Source of the DNA: a virus
Taxonomy: Duplodnaviria > Caudoviricetes
IMG/VR virus record: IMGVR_UViG_3300038345_000087
Location: 42,651 to 106,650 of that record
Reading direction: 5' to 3' (one strand)
Length of the DNA stretch: 64,000 bases
Shown here in pieces: positions 50,642 to 60,905 of the stretch. Position 1 is the first letter of the stretch. Every line of letters starts with the position of its first letter. The notes beneath the pieces were generated by a model. The model was not told the DNA's origin, made no database searches, and saw nothing but the letters and a program-made list of their open reading frames with translations. A program made the translations under genes and the position numbers.

Positions 50642-50914
50642 ATGAAAATCAATTTTGACAAAATCGAGGTCTATACCGACCTTTCCAAAACTCACGCTGT
50701 TATCCAGAACATGCGTAAGGACTTCGCAAATTTCATCTATACGCAAGGCAATGGTATTGCAGCCCACGCCCTCGCGTTAAAGATCTTCAACGGAAATGAG
50801 GAAACTGACTATGACGAAAGGGAAGTGGCTATCATTCGTGATTTCGTGAATGGATGCACTCCTTGTGTCATAGATGCTTTCAACGCCATCTTAAACCCTC
50901 CATCCCATGAATAA
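50642..50914 (+). CDS. Small conserved phage protein
   Basis: Packed between fibre and endolysin. Confidence 0.6.
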   Translation: MKINFDKIEVYTDLSKTHAVIQNMRKDFANFIYTQGNGIAAHALALKIFNGNEETDYDEREVAIIRDFVNGCTPCVIDAFNAILNPPSHE

Positions 50915-51611
50915 ATCTCTTTTCCACATCATCCTCGGTACTGCACACCTCGACACAACGCCTGGTAAATGTGCCCCCGACCGCTCTATCCGCGAAGCGA
51001 TCTATTCCCGTGAACGTATTGTTGCCATCAATAAGGTATTGAAGGCGCAAGGCTACAACACGCATATAGACTATCCCGACCTTCAACCGAATAGCCTTAT
51101 CAAGGCTTCCTATTGGAAAACAGAGCAAACACGCGAACTCCAGTACCGTGTGAAGGTGGTCAACGACCTATGCCGTAAGTATGGTGCTGCAAACTGCCTC
51201 TATGTGTCTCTACATCTCAATGCTGCCGGCAATGGCGGACAGTGGATGAATGCAGGAGGATGGGCTGCTTACACCACCGTAGGTAAGACCAACTCAGATA
51301 TCGCCGCTGAACACCTCTATGTCGCTGCTGAATACTGCCTTGCACCATACGTAACTATCATGGCTGAAGGTAAGAAGAAGGGCATCTATTCTAAGGCGCA
51401 ACGTCCGTTCCGCACGGACACTACAGATGGTGATCGTGACCTCGAAAGCAATTTCTACGTCATCAAACACACATCATGTCCGGCTGTCCTCACAGAAAAC
51501 CTCTTCCAGGACAACCGTTCGGATGTGGCTTTCCTCCTTTCTGACGAAGGAAAAGCGGCTATTGAACAGCTACACATCGACGGTATCAAGACCTACATCG
51601 CCTCCCTGTAG
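50907..51611 (+). CDS. Endolysin, N-acetylmuramoyl-L-alanine amidase (Amidase_3)
   Basis: GTAH, RE, VSLHLNA, PAVLTENLFQDN. Confidence 0.9.
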   Translation: MNKSLFHIILGTAHLDTTPGKCAPDRSIREAIYSRERIVAINKVLKAQGYNTHIDYPDLQPNSLIKASYWKTEQTRELQYRVKVVNDLCRKYGAANCLYVSLHLNAAGNGGQWMNAGGWAAYTTVGKTNSDIAAEHLYVAAEYCLAPYVTIMAEGKKKGIYSKAQRPFRTDTTDGDRDLESNFYVIKHTSCPAVLTENLFQDNRSDVAFLLSDEGKAAIEQLHIDGIKTYIASL

Positions 51612-51643
51612 TGTGCCCGTTGGCTTGACCAACGGGAAAATTT

Positions 51644-51677
51644 GTTCCGCCTTTATTCTCACTCAATCGTATCTTTG
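51644..51677 (+). promoter_or_regulatory. Putative phage late promoter
   Basis: GTTCCG-N20-TATCTTTG upstream of ATG 51702. Confidence 0.7.
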
Positions 51678-51701
51678 CTTCAGAAATAAAAGTTTTCCAT
51701 C

Positions 51702-53558
51702 ATGGCTAAAAGAACAAAAACATCGCCGATTACCCACGTCCGCTCTGATCAGTTCCTCAAGAAAGCGGTGCAGATGGCACAGGATAATTTCTCAGTCCTG
51801 TCGCCTGGCGACCAGTCGTTTTATAGCGACCCGACACCCGCAACTTGGGCAGACTTCATCGGTGCCCAACTGCGTGGCGCAATAGGCTCGAATGGGGCTT
51901 ACCAACGCAAACAGGCTCCAGTACTCTATTTCTCGTCTGGAAACGAAATCAAGCAGGGTACGGAGAAGTCTGGAACGAAAGACTTGGGATTCATGGAATG
52001 GGGATTCGGCAATACGCTCCCCAATCTTGTGGCGTTTTTGACACATCTTCTTCCATACACTGCTGCTGGCATCAAGTTCAATACAGACCTCTGTGCGGGT
52101 CTTGGACCACAACCGATGTATGACACGGCTCAGTATGTAGGTGGCAATATCACCACACGCTTCATCCGTTATAAGGATGCGGGCACCTTCCTTCGTGGCC
52201 AAATCATCGACAAACAGCGTGAACTTCTCAAACTACGCTCGGAGTGGCCGTCATCCTCGCAAACTCATCCTGACGGTGGCAGTTCTGAGGGTGATGCCTC
52301 CGAGGGTAGTGTGCTCAGTGGTTTGCCCACCGAGGATGACCCTGCAAAGAAGATTTATGATGAACTCTGTGCCACACTTGAAGAACAAATCGAAGAATTG
52401 CAGACAGCCTTGGAGTCGTGGAAAACCACCAACGATGAAGTGCAGAAGTTCCTCGACCGCAATAATATCGCACAGACATGGCTTTCGCTCGTTCTCGACC
52501 ATGAATTGTTTGGTATCGCCTTCCCTGAGTTGCTGTTGAACCAACAGGATCTTGGGAAAGACGGCAAACCCGTGGAAACTGAGGTGTGGAATCCAAAGGT
52601 GACGGGCATCGCGCATCGAAGCTGCCACACCACACGTCTGGAGCGTATGGATGATGAAGGTATCATCAATTTCGTCTATTGCTCAAATCGCTGGCTCGAC
52701 CGTGTGTTTGTGGAACAGGGCAATATCAATGACCCCATCAATGCCATTCCTTCACTGAACACAAGGGAACCGCTGAACTCGCTGAATGAAAAGGTGCGAA
52801 AGGCACGCCAAAACAAGGTAAGCGTAAAAGAACGCCCGACCCATTTTGTGCTGCCATCGGTTTATCCTACTGCTGGTCGCCCCTACTACCCTACCCCTGC
52901 ATGGCATTCTATCTTTGGCGGGGATATCTACGAATATATCTCGACCATTATCAGTGACCGTCTGAATCGTAAGCGTAACAGCAATATCATTGGCCGTGTC
53001 ATATACCTTAATAATGAGTATATGCAGCAACTCTTCGTACAGAAGAAGGCTACGGGCGATGAGAATAAGCAGAAGGTTATCCGTGATAAACTATACAGCC
53101 AGATTAACACCTGGCTCGGTAATCGTAACAACGCCGGTCAATCGCTGCTGGCATTCACTTTCACTGGTGCCGACGGAAAGGAACATAAGTCTTTTGAAAT
53201 AGTCGAAATTGAGGCAGCAAAGAAATCCACTGCCGATGCCAATGAGAAGGAAACGGCTGAAATCAGTTCCATCGTGTTCATGGCGATGGGGCTTGATGGT
53301 CGCCTTATGGGTTCCTCCCCGCTCTCACTCGTAGGATCAAATGGCGGCACGGATATTCGCGAACGCTATCTCTTGCGCCTCCTGATGAAGTCACCGGCAC
53401 AGAACATCCTCCTTAAACCGTTTGAGGTGCTGTCTCGCTTCAATGAATGGGATAAACACCTCGTTTGGCAAGTGCAACGTGAGGTGATGACTACACTCGA
53501 CCGCTCAAAGTCTGGAGTGACCTCTCAAAACACCGAAAATGAGAGTCAGCAAAAGTAG
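51702..53558 (+). CDS. Probable portal protein
   Basis: 618 aa; WGFGNTLP, YYPTPAW, NAGQS, GGTDIRE motifs recalled from Bacteroidales phage portals; no other portal candidate. Confidence 0.65.
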   Translation: MAKRTKTSPITHVRSDQFLKKAVQMAQDNFSVLSPGDQSFYSDPTPATWADFIGAQLRGAIGSNGAYQRKQAPVLYFSSGNEIKQGTEKSGTKDLGFMEWGFGNTLPNLVAFLTHLLPYTAAGIKFNTDLCAGLGPQPMYDTAQYVGGNITTRFIRYKDAGTFLRGQIIDKQRELLKLRSEWPSSSQTHPDGGSSEGDASEGSVLSGLPTEDDPAKKIYDELCATLEEQIEELQTALESWKTTNDEVQKFLDRNNIAQTWLSLVLDHELFGIAFPELLLNQQDLGKDGKPVETEVWNPKVTGIAHRSCHTTRLERMDDEGIINFVYCSNRWLDRVFVEQGNINDPINAIPSLNTREPLNSLNEKVRKARQNKVSVKERPTHFVLPSVYPTAGRPYYPTPAWHSIFGGDIYEYISTIISDRLNRKRNSNIIGRVIYLNNEYMQQLFVQKKATGDENKQKVIRDKLYSQINTWLGNRNNAGQSLLAFTFTGADGKEHKSFEIVEIEAAKKSTADANEKETAEISSIVFMAMGLDGRLMGSSPLSLVGSNGGTDIRERYLLRLLMKSPAQNILLKPFEVLSRFNEWDKHLVWQVQREVMTTLDRSKSGVTSQNTENESQQK

Positions 53559-53622
53559 TGTGCTCGGTGGTTCGCCACCGAGAATAAATAGTAATTGGTA
53601 AATCGTCAAATAGTAAATAAAC

Positions 53623-54657
53623 ATGGCTTCCGGCTTGAACATAGAAGGTGCTTCGCCTCTCATCGGCTCACCAATCACTTATAAGGTACGCGCTGCTACT
53701 ATCAGTGGCTCGGTGGCTTTCCATCGCGTCAAACTGACAGTACACGCGGCTTTGGATGGTGATACGGCTTATACCGACCTCACGCTTTCCTCTCCTGCTG
53801 AAAGTGGCGAATGGCTGCATTTCGACATCAGTTCCGCCTTGCGTGCTGTGGCCGATCGCTATGAATATACCTATACTCCTCCGGCTTCATATCCGCGTGT
53901 CCGTTACACATTATCTGCGTGTGATGAATACATGCAGAATGGTGAAGTGCATGACAACGTAGGTCCCACAAGTATTGATACACCTCAGTATTGTCTTATG
54001 GGGGCATACTCTGATCTTGAAAGGCTGTTGGCGACTTCTGGCTCTAAGTCAGCACAGCACTTCACACGCAAACCTAACACCTCTCCTGAAGTGGTGGCCA
54101 TCGGCGAAATAATGGTGTGTCCGCAATCTTTCGTCTCTCCTGTTACTTCTGGTTTGGCGACTGTCGGGCCTACGTCTCAGGAGGTGACTATCACTACGGC
54201 TGGATTACAGACCGTCAATGGCCGTCAGGTGTTCGCCGTACCCGCTCAGGATGACCGCTATGAGTTCCGTTTTGTCAATGGCCTTGGTTGTCTCGAAAGC
54301 GTGTCTGTGCGCTCGTATCGTACCACGGAAATGAATGTGTTATCTGAGTCTTATATTCGTTCCGTTCAAGAGACATTTGGCTCTTTCTCTCGTGGACTTG
54401 TGACGAAGAAAAACGATTATGAGACTTGGAAACTCTCTTCTGGTCCGCTTGATGCTGCATGGGATTCTTGGTTCCTGCATGAGTTCCTGATGGCGAAGTT
54501 CGTATGGGTGAAGATTGATGGGAATTGGATAGGGTGCCATATCGTTCCTGATGAGACGGTAAATGGACCAGACCGCACACAAGTTGGATTCTTTGAAGTC
54601 CTCTTCTCTGTACGTCTCGATATCAATGGCAGTCCCTTCGCTGCCCTCGCAATATAG
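53623..54657 (+). CDS. Structural protein (tail/baseplate)
   Basis: FDISSALRA and FRFVNGLGCLES motifs. Confidence 0.55.
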   Translation: MASGLNIEGASPLIGSPITYKVRAATISGSVAFHRVKLTVHAALDGDTAYTDLTLSSPAESGEWLHFDISSALRAVADRYEYTYTPPASYPRVRYTLSACDEYMQNGEVHDNVGPTSIDTPQYCLMGAYSDLERLLATSGSKSAQHFTRKPNTSPEVVAIGEIMVCPQSFVSPVTSGLATVGPTSQEVTITTAGLQTVNGRQVFAVPAQDDRYEFRFVNGLGCLESVSVRSYRTTEMNVLSESYIRSVQETFGSFSRGLVTKKNDYETWKLSSGPLDAAWDSWFLHEFLMAKFVWVKIDGNWIGCHIVPDETVNGPDRTQVGFFEVLFSVRLDINGSPFAALAI

Positions 54658-54702
54658 TCACTGTGCCTCACGGTTCCCCCGTGAGGATAAATGTAGTAAG
54701 GT

Positions 54703-55305
54703 ATGAAAGCTAATTTAAGTCGCATCCTCGAAACATGGGCAAAACTTTACACACCCATCGCGCACAACCCTAAAAAAGGCTCGAAAGATAAAGCCTTCTA
54801 CCGCATAAAGACCATCAATGAGCAATCGGAATTTATGCGTAATCAGAACACGGCTAAATCGCCGTGTATGGCTTATTCTATCCTCGTGGATGCTGAAGCA
54901 TCTGGAACAAAGGAAATCAGTTATGCTCATACCATCTACTTCCTTTCGAGGGCAAAAACAAACTCTCTTGCAAAATCGGCTAAACAGGATGATGATTTGG
55001 GTGAGAACATGCAGATGGAAATGGATGACTTCGTGCAAGATCTTCTCGCCTATCTTAAAGAACTGCGTCACAATGGCAAATGCCCTATCACGGGTGACAC
55101 TTACGACGAATATACGATGAAGGCCCTACGTGGCATCAACCTCGAAAAAGCGGAATGGGCTTCTATTCCCGTCAAATATGGGGAGTGGCACATACTTGGC
55201 CTACAACTGGAACAGTTCGCCCCGCGCCTTCTTTGCATCAATCGTGAAAAGTACGCCACCGTGTCAGACAGTTCCCCGTCGGACGAATCAACAGACAATC
55301 CGTAA
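54703..55305 (+). CDS. Hypothetical, possible tail completion protein
   Basis: 200 aa in the structural block. Confidence 0.5.
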   Translation: MKANLSRILETWAKLYTPIAHNPKKGSKDKAFYRIKTINEQSEFMRNQNTAKSPCMAYSILVDAEASGTKEISYAHTIYFLSRAKTNSLAKSAKQDDDLGENMQMEMDDFVQDLLAYLKELRHNGKCPITGDTYDEYTMKALRGINLEKAEWASIPVKYGEWHILGLQLEQFAPRLLCINREKYATVSDSSPSDESTDNP

Positions 55306-55319
55306 AAACGTAATACAAA

Positions 55320-55814
55320 ATGAATACAACTCTTCCTCGACTCATCGCCGCTTTCTTGGGCGTTATTTGGGCATACCTGGAGCCAACTATCCCGTATGCC
55401 GTCTTGTGTGTGTTTGCTGTGCTCATCGACTGCCTCACGGCATGGAGATTGAACCGACGTATTAAACAGAAGTACCCGAAAGCCAAAACGGACGGGAAAC
55501 TGAAATCTGCTCGCATGACGAAGATGATTTCAGACCTCGCTATCGTATGGCTCTGCATCCTGCTCGCTACGGGCGTGGATGAACACTTGCTCGGACACTT
55601 CGGAGGCTTGCACCTCGGACAGTATGTAGCTGCTATCTTTGTGCTGTGTACTGCCGTGAGCATACTCGAAAATGAGTCATCTTGCAATGGCTCTGCATGG
55701 GCACGTGCCGTACAGAAGATAGTAACCTCAAAAGTGTCCCGTCACCTCGATATTGATGAAGAGGAACTGAAAGAGATTATCCATCAGGATTCTAAAAAGA
55801 AATCAAAAAAGTAA
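55320..55814 (+). CDS. Holin
   Basis: TM segments, IDCLTA, SILEN, basic C-terminus. Confidence 0.8.
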   Translation: MNTTLPRLIAAFLGVIWAYLEPTIPYAVLCVFAVLIDCLTAWRLNRRIKQKYPKAKTDGKLKSARMTKMISDLAIVWLCILLATGVDEHLLGHFGGLHLGQYVAAIFVLCTAVSILENESSCNGSAWARAVQKIVTSKVSRHLDIDEEELKEIIHQDSKKKSKK

Positions 55815-55817
55815 GTT

Positions 55818-56390
55818 ATGGAAAACTTCAACTATCAGGAACCATGCTGCATCGAACGTAGCCTACCTATTCTCATCCGTCAGTACGGATGGTTGCCTTG
55901 GCAGTCGAATGGTGATATCACTATCGACAAAATCCTCAAGGCGGTAAGTCACCTCGCGGGAAATAGCATCGCCATTTCCTTGTGTATTCCAGTCATTGAC
56001 ATCGACGTTTTACGCATCCTTTCATGGTACCACAAACGTGGATGGCTCACAAGCCTGGAAATTGTCACGTCGGAGGATCAGACTGAACTCATCCGTGCAG
56101 AACTGCCAAAAGAATTGTCCGTGAACATCATTTCGCACGCATCGGTTAAAGAGACCTCTCCGCTGCTGGTGATTAAAGGTGAAAAGCAGACGGTCATCGT
56201 GCAAGGCCCGTTGCATACGACCATCGCATCTACTCCGATTCGTGAGAGCTTCATAACCTATGCGGGCAATGACCAGGAACGTATCGCACAGTTCACGGCG
56301 ACGCTCTCCTCTCTCATCCATGTTGCTACTCGCAAGAAAACGAACAAAAAGAAAGCCACCGTGTCCGATGGTTCTCCGTCGGATGAATAA
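55818..56390 (+). CDS. Hypothetical protein
   Basis: Packed ORF ending in an in-frame hairpin copy. Confidence 0.6.
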   Translation: MENFNYQEPCCIERSLPILIRQYGWLPWQSNGDITIDKILKAVSHLAGNSIAISLCIPVIDIDVLRILSWYHKRGWLTSLEIVTSEDQTELIRAELPKELSVNIISHASVKETSPLLVIKGEKQTVIVQGPLHTTIASTPIRESFITYAGNDQERIAQFTATLSSLIHVATRKKTNKKKATVSDGSPSDE

Positions 56391-56401
56391 CTCTGTTCAT
56401 T

Positions 56402-56977
56402 ATGAATATCTTTGCTAAAATACGCGAAAAGCGTGCTCAGAAAGCACAACTCCGACGCTTCGGACAGTTTGCAAACGTATTCGCTTCTCTCCAGCGTCTT
56501 GAAAAGAGTGGACTCCTGGCATGGGAAGCGAAGTCGCGCCGTCTCTTTATTGCACAACCGCTTGCTGTGGTGATGTTGGCACAAGGGTATGACCGCTGGC
56601 GTAACTTCCTCAATAATGTGTTCCTATACCACATGTATAACCTCCAAAACCGTCAGTGGCAGGATCACATTATCAATGAACAGGCGAAGGCCGTCCGTCA
56701 ACGCAAAAAGGAGGTGGTGGTCTTGACGAAAGCAGAAACAGAACGCATCCGTCGTGCTGTGCGTGACAATATCCCTGCTGAAGCAGTTGAATTGCCTCCT
56801 ATCAAACCTTTTGAGTTCTTCATTATCGCTGATACCGCCACTGTGACCGACGCTTCTCCGTCGGAGCAACCCAAGGCTGAAATCACATGGGTGGGCGAAT
56901 ATGACCCAGATACCGGCACACTTGATATGGCCGAATGGAAAGACATCAAACATGTCATCAAAGATGGAAACAAATAA
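56402..56977 (+). CDS. Hypothetical protein
   Basis: Packed ORF. Confidence 0.6.
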   Translation: MNIFAKIREKRAQKAQLRRFGQFANVFASLQRLEKSGLLAWEAKSRRLFIAQPLAVVMLAQGYDRWRNFLNNVFLYHMYNLQNRQWQDHIINEQAKAVRQRKKEVVVLTKAETERIRRAVRDNIPAEAVELPPIKPFEFFIIADTATVTDASPSEQPKAEITWVGEYDPDTGTLDMAEWKDIKHVIKDGNK

Positions 56978-57656
56978 CGATTACTTCACCCGCTTTCAGA
57001 ACCTTTGCCTCTCCATTCTTGCACAGTCTGATAACTGTCAGGAGTCGCAAGATATGTTCCGTGCCACAAAGACCATACCTGAATTGGTGTCGGCGTGGCA
57101 ACGCTATTGGGCGGGACTGCTTCACGAGGTGCCAGAACAGGTTATAAAAGCCTTCTCGCAGTTCTATCCAACGTATCGTGATGACATCATCTGTGCTGGT
57201 GTGTACTACAACGAGGCTCCTCCTATTGACCACATCACACCTTCCATCATCCTCATTGGTGATGCTCCTGAAGCCACGGTGCCAGAAGGTTCTCATTCGG
57301 GTGTCTCTCCATTGGAAGTCTTTGGCCGTCACCGCGTCTATGTGCTTGGGAATCTACCCATCATCGCACATGACAACTGCAATGTCTTGGTGAACTCTTC
57401 ACGTTCCAACGTGACACTTCACGATAACTGCCGTTGTAACCTCGAAGCTGGAAACGTCATTCTTCACGACCGCTCTATGCTCAATGGCTCAGGAAATGTC
57501 ACATGCTACGATTCCACAACCATCTTGCTCATGGGAGGAACTTTGCATGACAAAGGACACCTCGATATAACAGCCTATAATGATGCTGTCATTCACACTT
57601 TCACATCCCGCAAGATTACTCTCAATGACAAAGCAAAAATCTACTTCGATAAATGA
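56964..57656 (+). CDS. Hypothetical protein with beta-helix-like C-terminus
   Basis: Repeating AHDNCNV / LHDNCRC / LHDRS / CYDST / AYNDA. Confidence 0.6.
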   Translation: METNNDYFTRFQNLCLSILAQSDNCQESQDMFRATKTIPELVSAWQRYWAGLLHEVPEQVIKAFSQFYPTYRDDIICAGVYYNEAPPIDHITPSIILIGDAPEATVPEGSHSGVSPLEVFGRHRVYVLGNLPIIAHDNCNVLVNSSRSNVTLHDNCRCNLEAGNVILHDRSMLNGSGNVTCYDSTTILLMGGTLHDKGHLDITAYNDAVIHTFTSRKITLNDKAKIYFDK

Positions 57657-60364
57657 ATAGTCATATCGCCATAACAGCCCAGAAGAACGGTAAGCAGATT
57701 CCGCTCAACTTACCCGACGATTTCAGCATTGACATCGACGATCAGAACCCGTTGTTTAACGATAACGAAATGTTCTCATATCCCGTGCAGATGCCGATGG
57801 AGGGTAATCGTTTCTTGCTTGGTAACATCGATGACCCTAATAACATCGAACGTCCAGTAGGATTGGAGCACACGAAGATGCGTATCGTCGTGGATAACCA
57901 ACCGTTCCGCTCTGGCACGCTTGTTACTTCTGAGGATGAAGAGATTGATGGCGCACTGACGATGAACATAACGGCTTCAGAACATTCTATTGATGACCTC
58001 ATAGGACAACTGACATGCCGTGATGTGCCGGTCAAAGACAAAATACTCATTGGAGAAAAGATTGGCGATGTGATAGCATCGGTGGATTACAAATACAAAG
58101 TGACCGTAAAGTTTGATGGTAAGAAGGGCGACCGTGTGGAATATCCGACGGCAAAGGCGACTTCTAAGGCTGTGTTTACACCACAAGCTCTCGGTTTTTC
58201 ATGTCCTGGTGAATGTTACACGGAATCTGGCACGAAGGAGAAAGCTCTGAAGAAGGAAGAGGTGTCGTATGGCAATGGTAACAGAGTGGTTGTACCGCGC
58301 ATCAAGACATCTTACATCAACGTCTCTGAACCGTACCCAAACAAGCCTTATTGTAATGCCCGTATCGCGTATCTCCACCACGGCATTGATGACGATGGAA
58401 AGACTACGGACACAGCTTCGCCAAAGGATCAGAAACTCGGTCCTAACGACCATTGGCCATATTGGGTGCTGGAGGCAGACCGCCAACAGTCTGGCATCTG
58501 CTTCTATGTGCTGTATTTCCTCGACTGTCTCTTTGCTCACCTTGGCGTGTCTTTCGACAACAGCGAATTGATGGCCGTGGAGGATATGCGTCACCTCTGC
58601 TTCTTTACTACTCACTGCAAGTACGATGAAGAGTATAAGCATGACACGGGCTATTGGGATAAGGCTACGCATACACAGACTATCTCCTCTTCTGCTTTTG
58701 ATGCCCTCTCAGGACAGCAGCAAGCACAATATGAGCGAAAACCATATTTCACAACTATTGAGGAAATAAATACATGGCTTTCGTCTCGTGGATGTGGAGC
58801 ACAGTTTGAGTTTCCTGATGGCAAAGGGCTTCAGGTGAACGATGTGGACTATACCGACGTACACGGAAATCGTCAGATTGTGAGCGTCGGTAATAATGGC
58901 GTAGTGTCTATCACTGGTGAACCGATTAACGCCGTGAAGAAGGTCTCGGCTAACGTCATGCTGATGTATGCCAACTCCGATAACTTCCCAGAAGAGAGTG
59001 TGCAGACCGTTCTCGATTCGCTCTTTAACTCTTTCGGAATCAAGTTCGATTACAACTACGAACAGAAACATGTTCGTGCTTATTTTGTTCGTAATGTATT
59101 CCGCTCAACAGAGGAACCTATCGATTTCCCTGGTCGTGTGATCTCGATGCACAAAATAGCGGAGAAGATAACAGGTGTGCGCGTATGCTATTCTGAAGAG
59201 AGTTCCAGCAAGGAACAGAAGCAGAACATTAAGGAGGGTAAGCGTGACTACAACACAGATTATGACTATATCGATTATCCGAAACAGTCAACTGTGACGG
59301 ATAAAACATACGCTGAGATCTTCCGTACACCGAAACAGATAGGTGCCAGCACCAATATGACGTGTTACATTGACCTGACTACGGGCAATGCTTACCGTAT
59401 CAAAGTGAATGGTGATGCTGAAACTGCTGGTGAATGGAATCCGGCTCTCTTTGAGGTGGGACAGTTCAAAGGTGTGGAGATCGGCGACTGCTCTGAGTTG
59501 AACGAGGACTTTGTGGAAGAACTGGCTTCTGATTTCCAACCTGTGCCTTTTAATGATGTCAACTACCAGACGGAAATAACTATGGCTGAAGGCACATTGT
59601 CGGATGCTAATCTTGGTACGGTCAATGTGAATACAAAACGCGCTGAACCTATCCTTGCAGCTTATGTGGACGAAGATTTTGAGCATGAGTTTATCGAACA
59701 GCGTATCAGACAGACATTGGCGGCTGAAATTGTAGAGTACTCCATCGACCAAGTGATGAAGTTGGTGGAGAACTACGACCCATCCGACACAGACGATGGC
59801 AATAGCCCGCTTCAGTCCGTGGATTGGGGCCTTGCTATCGCCATCATGCGCGGAGGTGGTACGGATGCCACGTTGCAGACTTATGATTTCAACTACGATG
59901 GCTTCAATAACAGCAAATGGCGCACGGTGGCTGGTGTCTATGCACTCACGTCAGACTCTCTCGACATGTGGGGCAATGAGTATGACTATAACGGCGTGCA
60001 GCCTGGTATAGGTTCTGGAGAACGCTTCTCGCTCAAAATCCGTGCATGGAAACAGCCGGAATGGGCAGACGGTCCATTGGTCAATGCGGACATCATCGAT
60101 CCTCAGACGGGCGAAATTGAGAAGAAAATCAAGTCGCGTGGCCTCTTTGACACCTTCCTCTCTGAGTATGCTAATTTCCTCCTGAAGCGTCGTAAATATC
60201 GCATCTGCATCGAATGCTCTGCCGCTCAGGTAGCATCCGTTCCTGAACATTGGGCGCGTCGCTTCCGTATCAATGGTATGGTGGGATTCATCAACAAACT
60301 ATCCTATAACGTGTCTGCTGCTGAAGGTCTCAATAACCTTGAAGTGGAGTTCTTTGTCTTGTAA
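57653..60364 (+). CDS. Large tail/baseplate protein (903 aa)
   Basis: N-terminal IDIDDQNPLF...FSYP motif of Bacteroidales phage tail proteins. Confidence 0.6.
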   Translation: MNSHIAITAQKNGKQIPLNLPDDFSIDIDDQNPLFNDNEMFSYPVQMPMEGNRFLLGNIDDPNNIERPVGLEHTKMRIVVDNQPFRSGTLVTSEDEEIDGALTMNITASEHSIDDLIGQLTCRDVPVKDKILIGEKIGDVIASVDYKYKVTVKFDGKKGDRVEYPTAKATSKAVFTPQALGFSCPGECYTESGTKEKALKKEEVSYGNGNRVVVPRIKTSYINVSEPYPNKPYCNARIAYLHHGIDDDGKTTDTASPKDQKLGPNDHWPYWVLEADRQQSGICFYVLYFLDCLFAHLGVSFDNSELMAVEDMRHLCFFTTHCKYDEEYKHDTGYWDKATHTQTISSSAFDALSGQQQAQYERKPYFTTIEEINTWLSSRGCGAQFEFPDGKGLQVNDVDYTDVHGNRQIVSVGNNGVVSITGEPINAVKKVSANVMLMYANSDNFPEESVQTVLDSLFNSFGIKFDYNYEQKHVRAYFVRNVFRSTEEPIDFPGRVISMHKIAEKITGVRVCYSEESSSKEQKQNIKEGKRDYNTDYDYIDYPKQSTVTDKTYAEIFRTPKQIGASTNMTCYIDLTTGNAYRIKVNGDAETAGEWNPALFEVGQFKGVEIGDCSELNEDFVEELASDFQPVPFNDVNYQTEITMAEGTLSDANLGTVNVNTKRAEPILAAYVDEDFEHEFIEQRIRQTLAAEIVEYSIDQVMKLVENYDPSDTDDGNSPLQSVDWGLAIAIMRGGGTDATLQTYDFNYDGFNNSKWRTVAGVYALTSDSLDMWGNEYDYNGVQPGIGSGERFSLKIRAWKQPEWADGPLVNADIIDPQTGEIEKKIKSRGLFDTFLSEYANFLLKRRKYRICIECSAAQVASVPEHWARRFRINGMVGFINKLSYNVSAAEGLNNLEVEFFVL

Positions 60365-60366
60365 CT

Positions 60367-60894
60367 ATGGCTGTTCAAATAGAAAAACCTCGCCGACCTG
60401 TCAACGTCGTTCTTCGTTCCTTCGCCCGCCAGTCTGTGCAGACGTTGGAACAGAACTTCCGTACACAGCACATTTGGCCAACGGAAATTTACCCTGGCTT
60501 CGCTGCTGTCAACGAGGCACGTAAACGCCGTGGTGAATGGTTCGCAACAGGTCGTGGTGCTCGCTCGTTTACCTATGAAGTGATGTCCGCTGCTCAGGGT
60601 AACGAGACTATCCGCATCGAATATAACCACTACCTTCGTTTCGTGGATATGGGTGTCGGTGCAGGACGTTCTTTTGAACAGGTAGAACATAGCCGTAAGG
60701 CTCGTTATCGCCGTCGCTATGTCTCAATATGGGCTTCACGTGATGGCGACACTCATCGCCCTGCTATAATGATGGAAATGCGACACCTCGAAGGACGTAT
60801 GCAACGCTATCTCGAAGATTATTACGGACGCGAAATCTCCGTGCAGATCTATCGTACATTCTCTGGACTCCATGTCATCAATCTTGATATATAG
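60367..60894 (+). CDS. Basic structural protein, possible neck/tail completion
   Basis: TG.G.RS...Y.RFVDMGVG motif. Confidence 0.5.
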   Translation: MAVQIEKPRRPVNVVLRSFARQSVQTLEQNFRTQHIWPTEIYPGFAAVNEARKRRGEWFATGRGARSFTYEVMSAAQGNETIRIEYNHYLRFVDMGVGAGRSFEQVEHSRKARYRRRYVSIWASRDGDTHRPAIMMEMRHLEGRMQRYLEDYYGREISVQIYRTFSGLHVINLDI

Positions 60895-60905
60895 TGTTCC
60901 TTATT

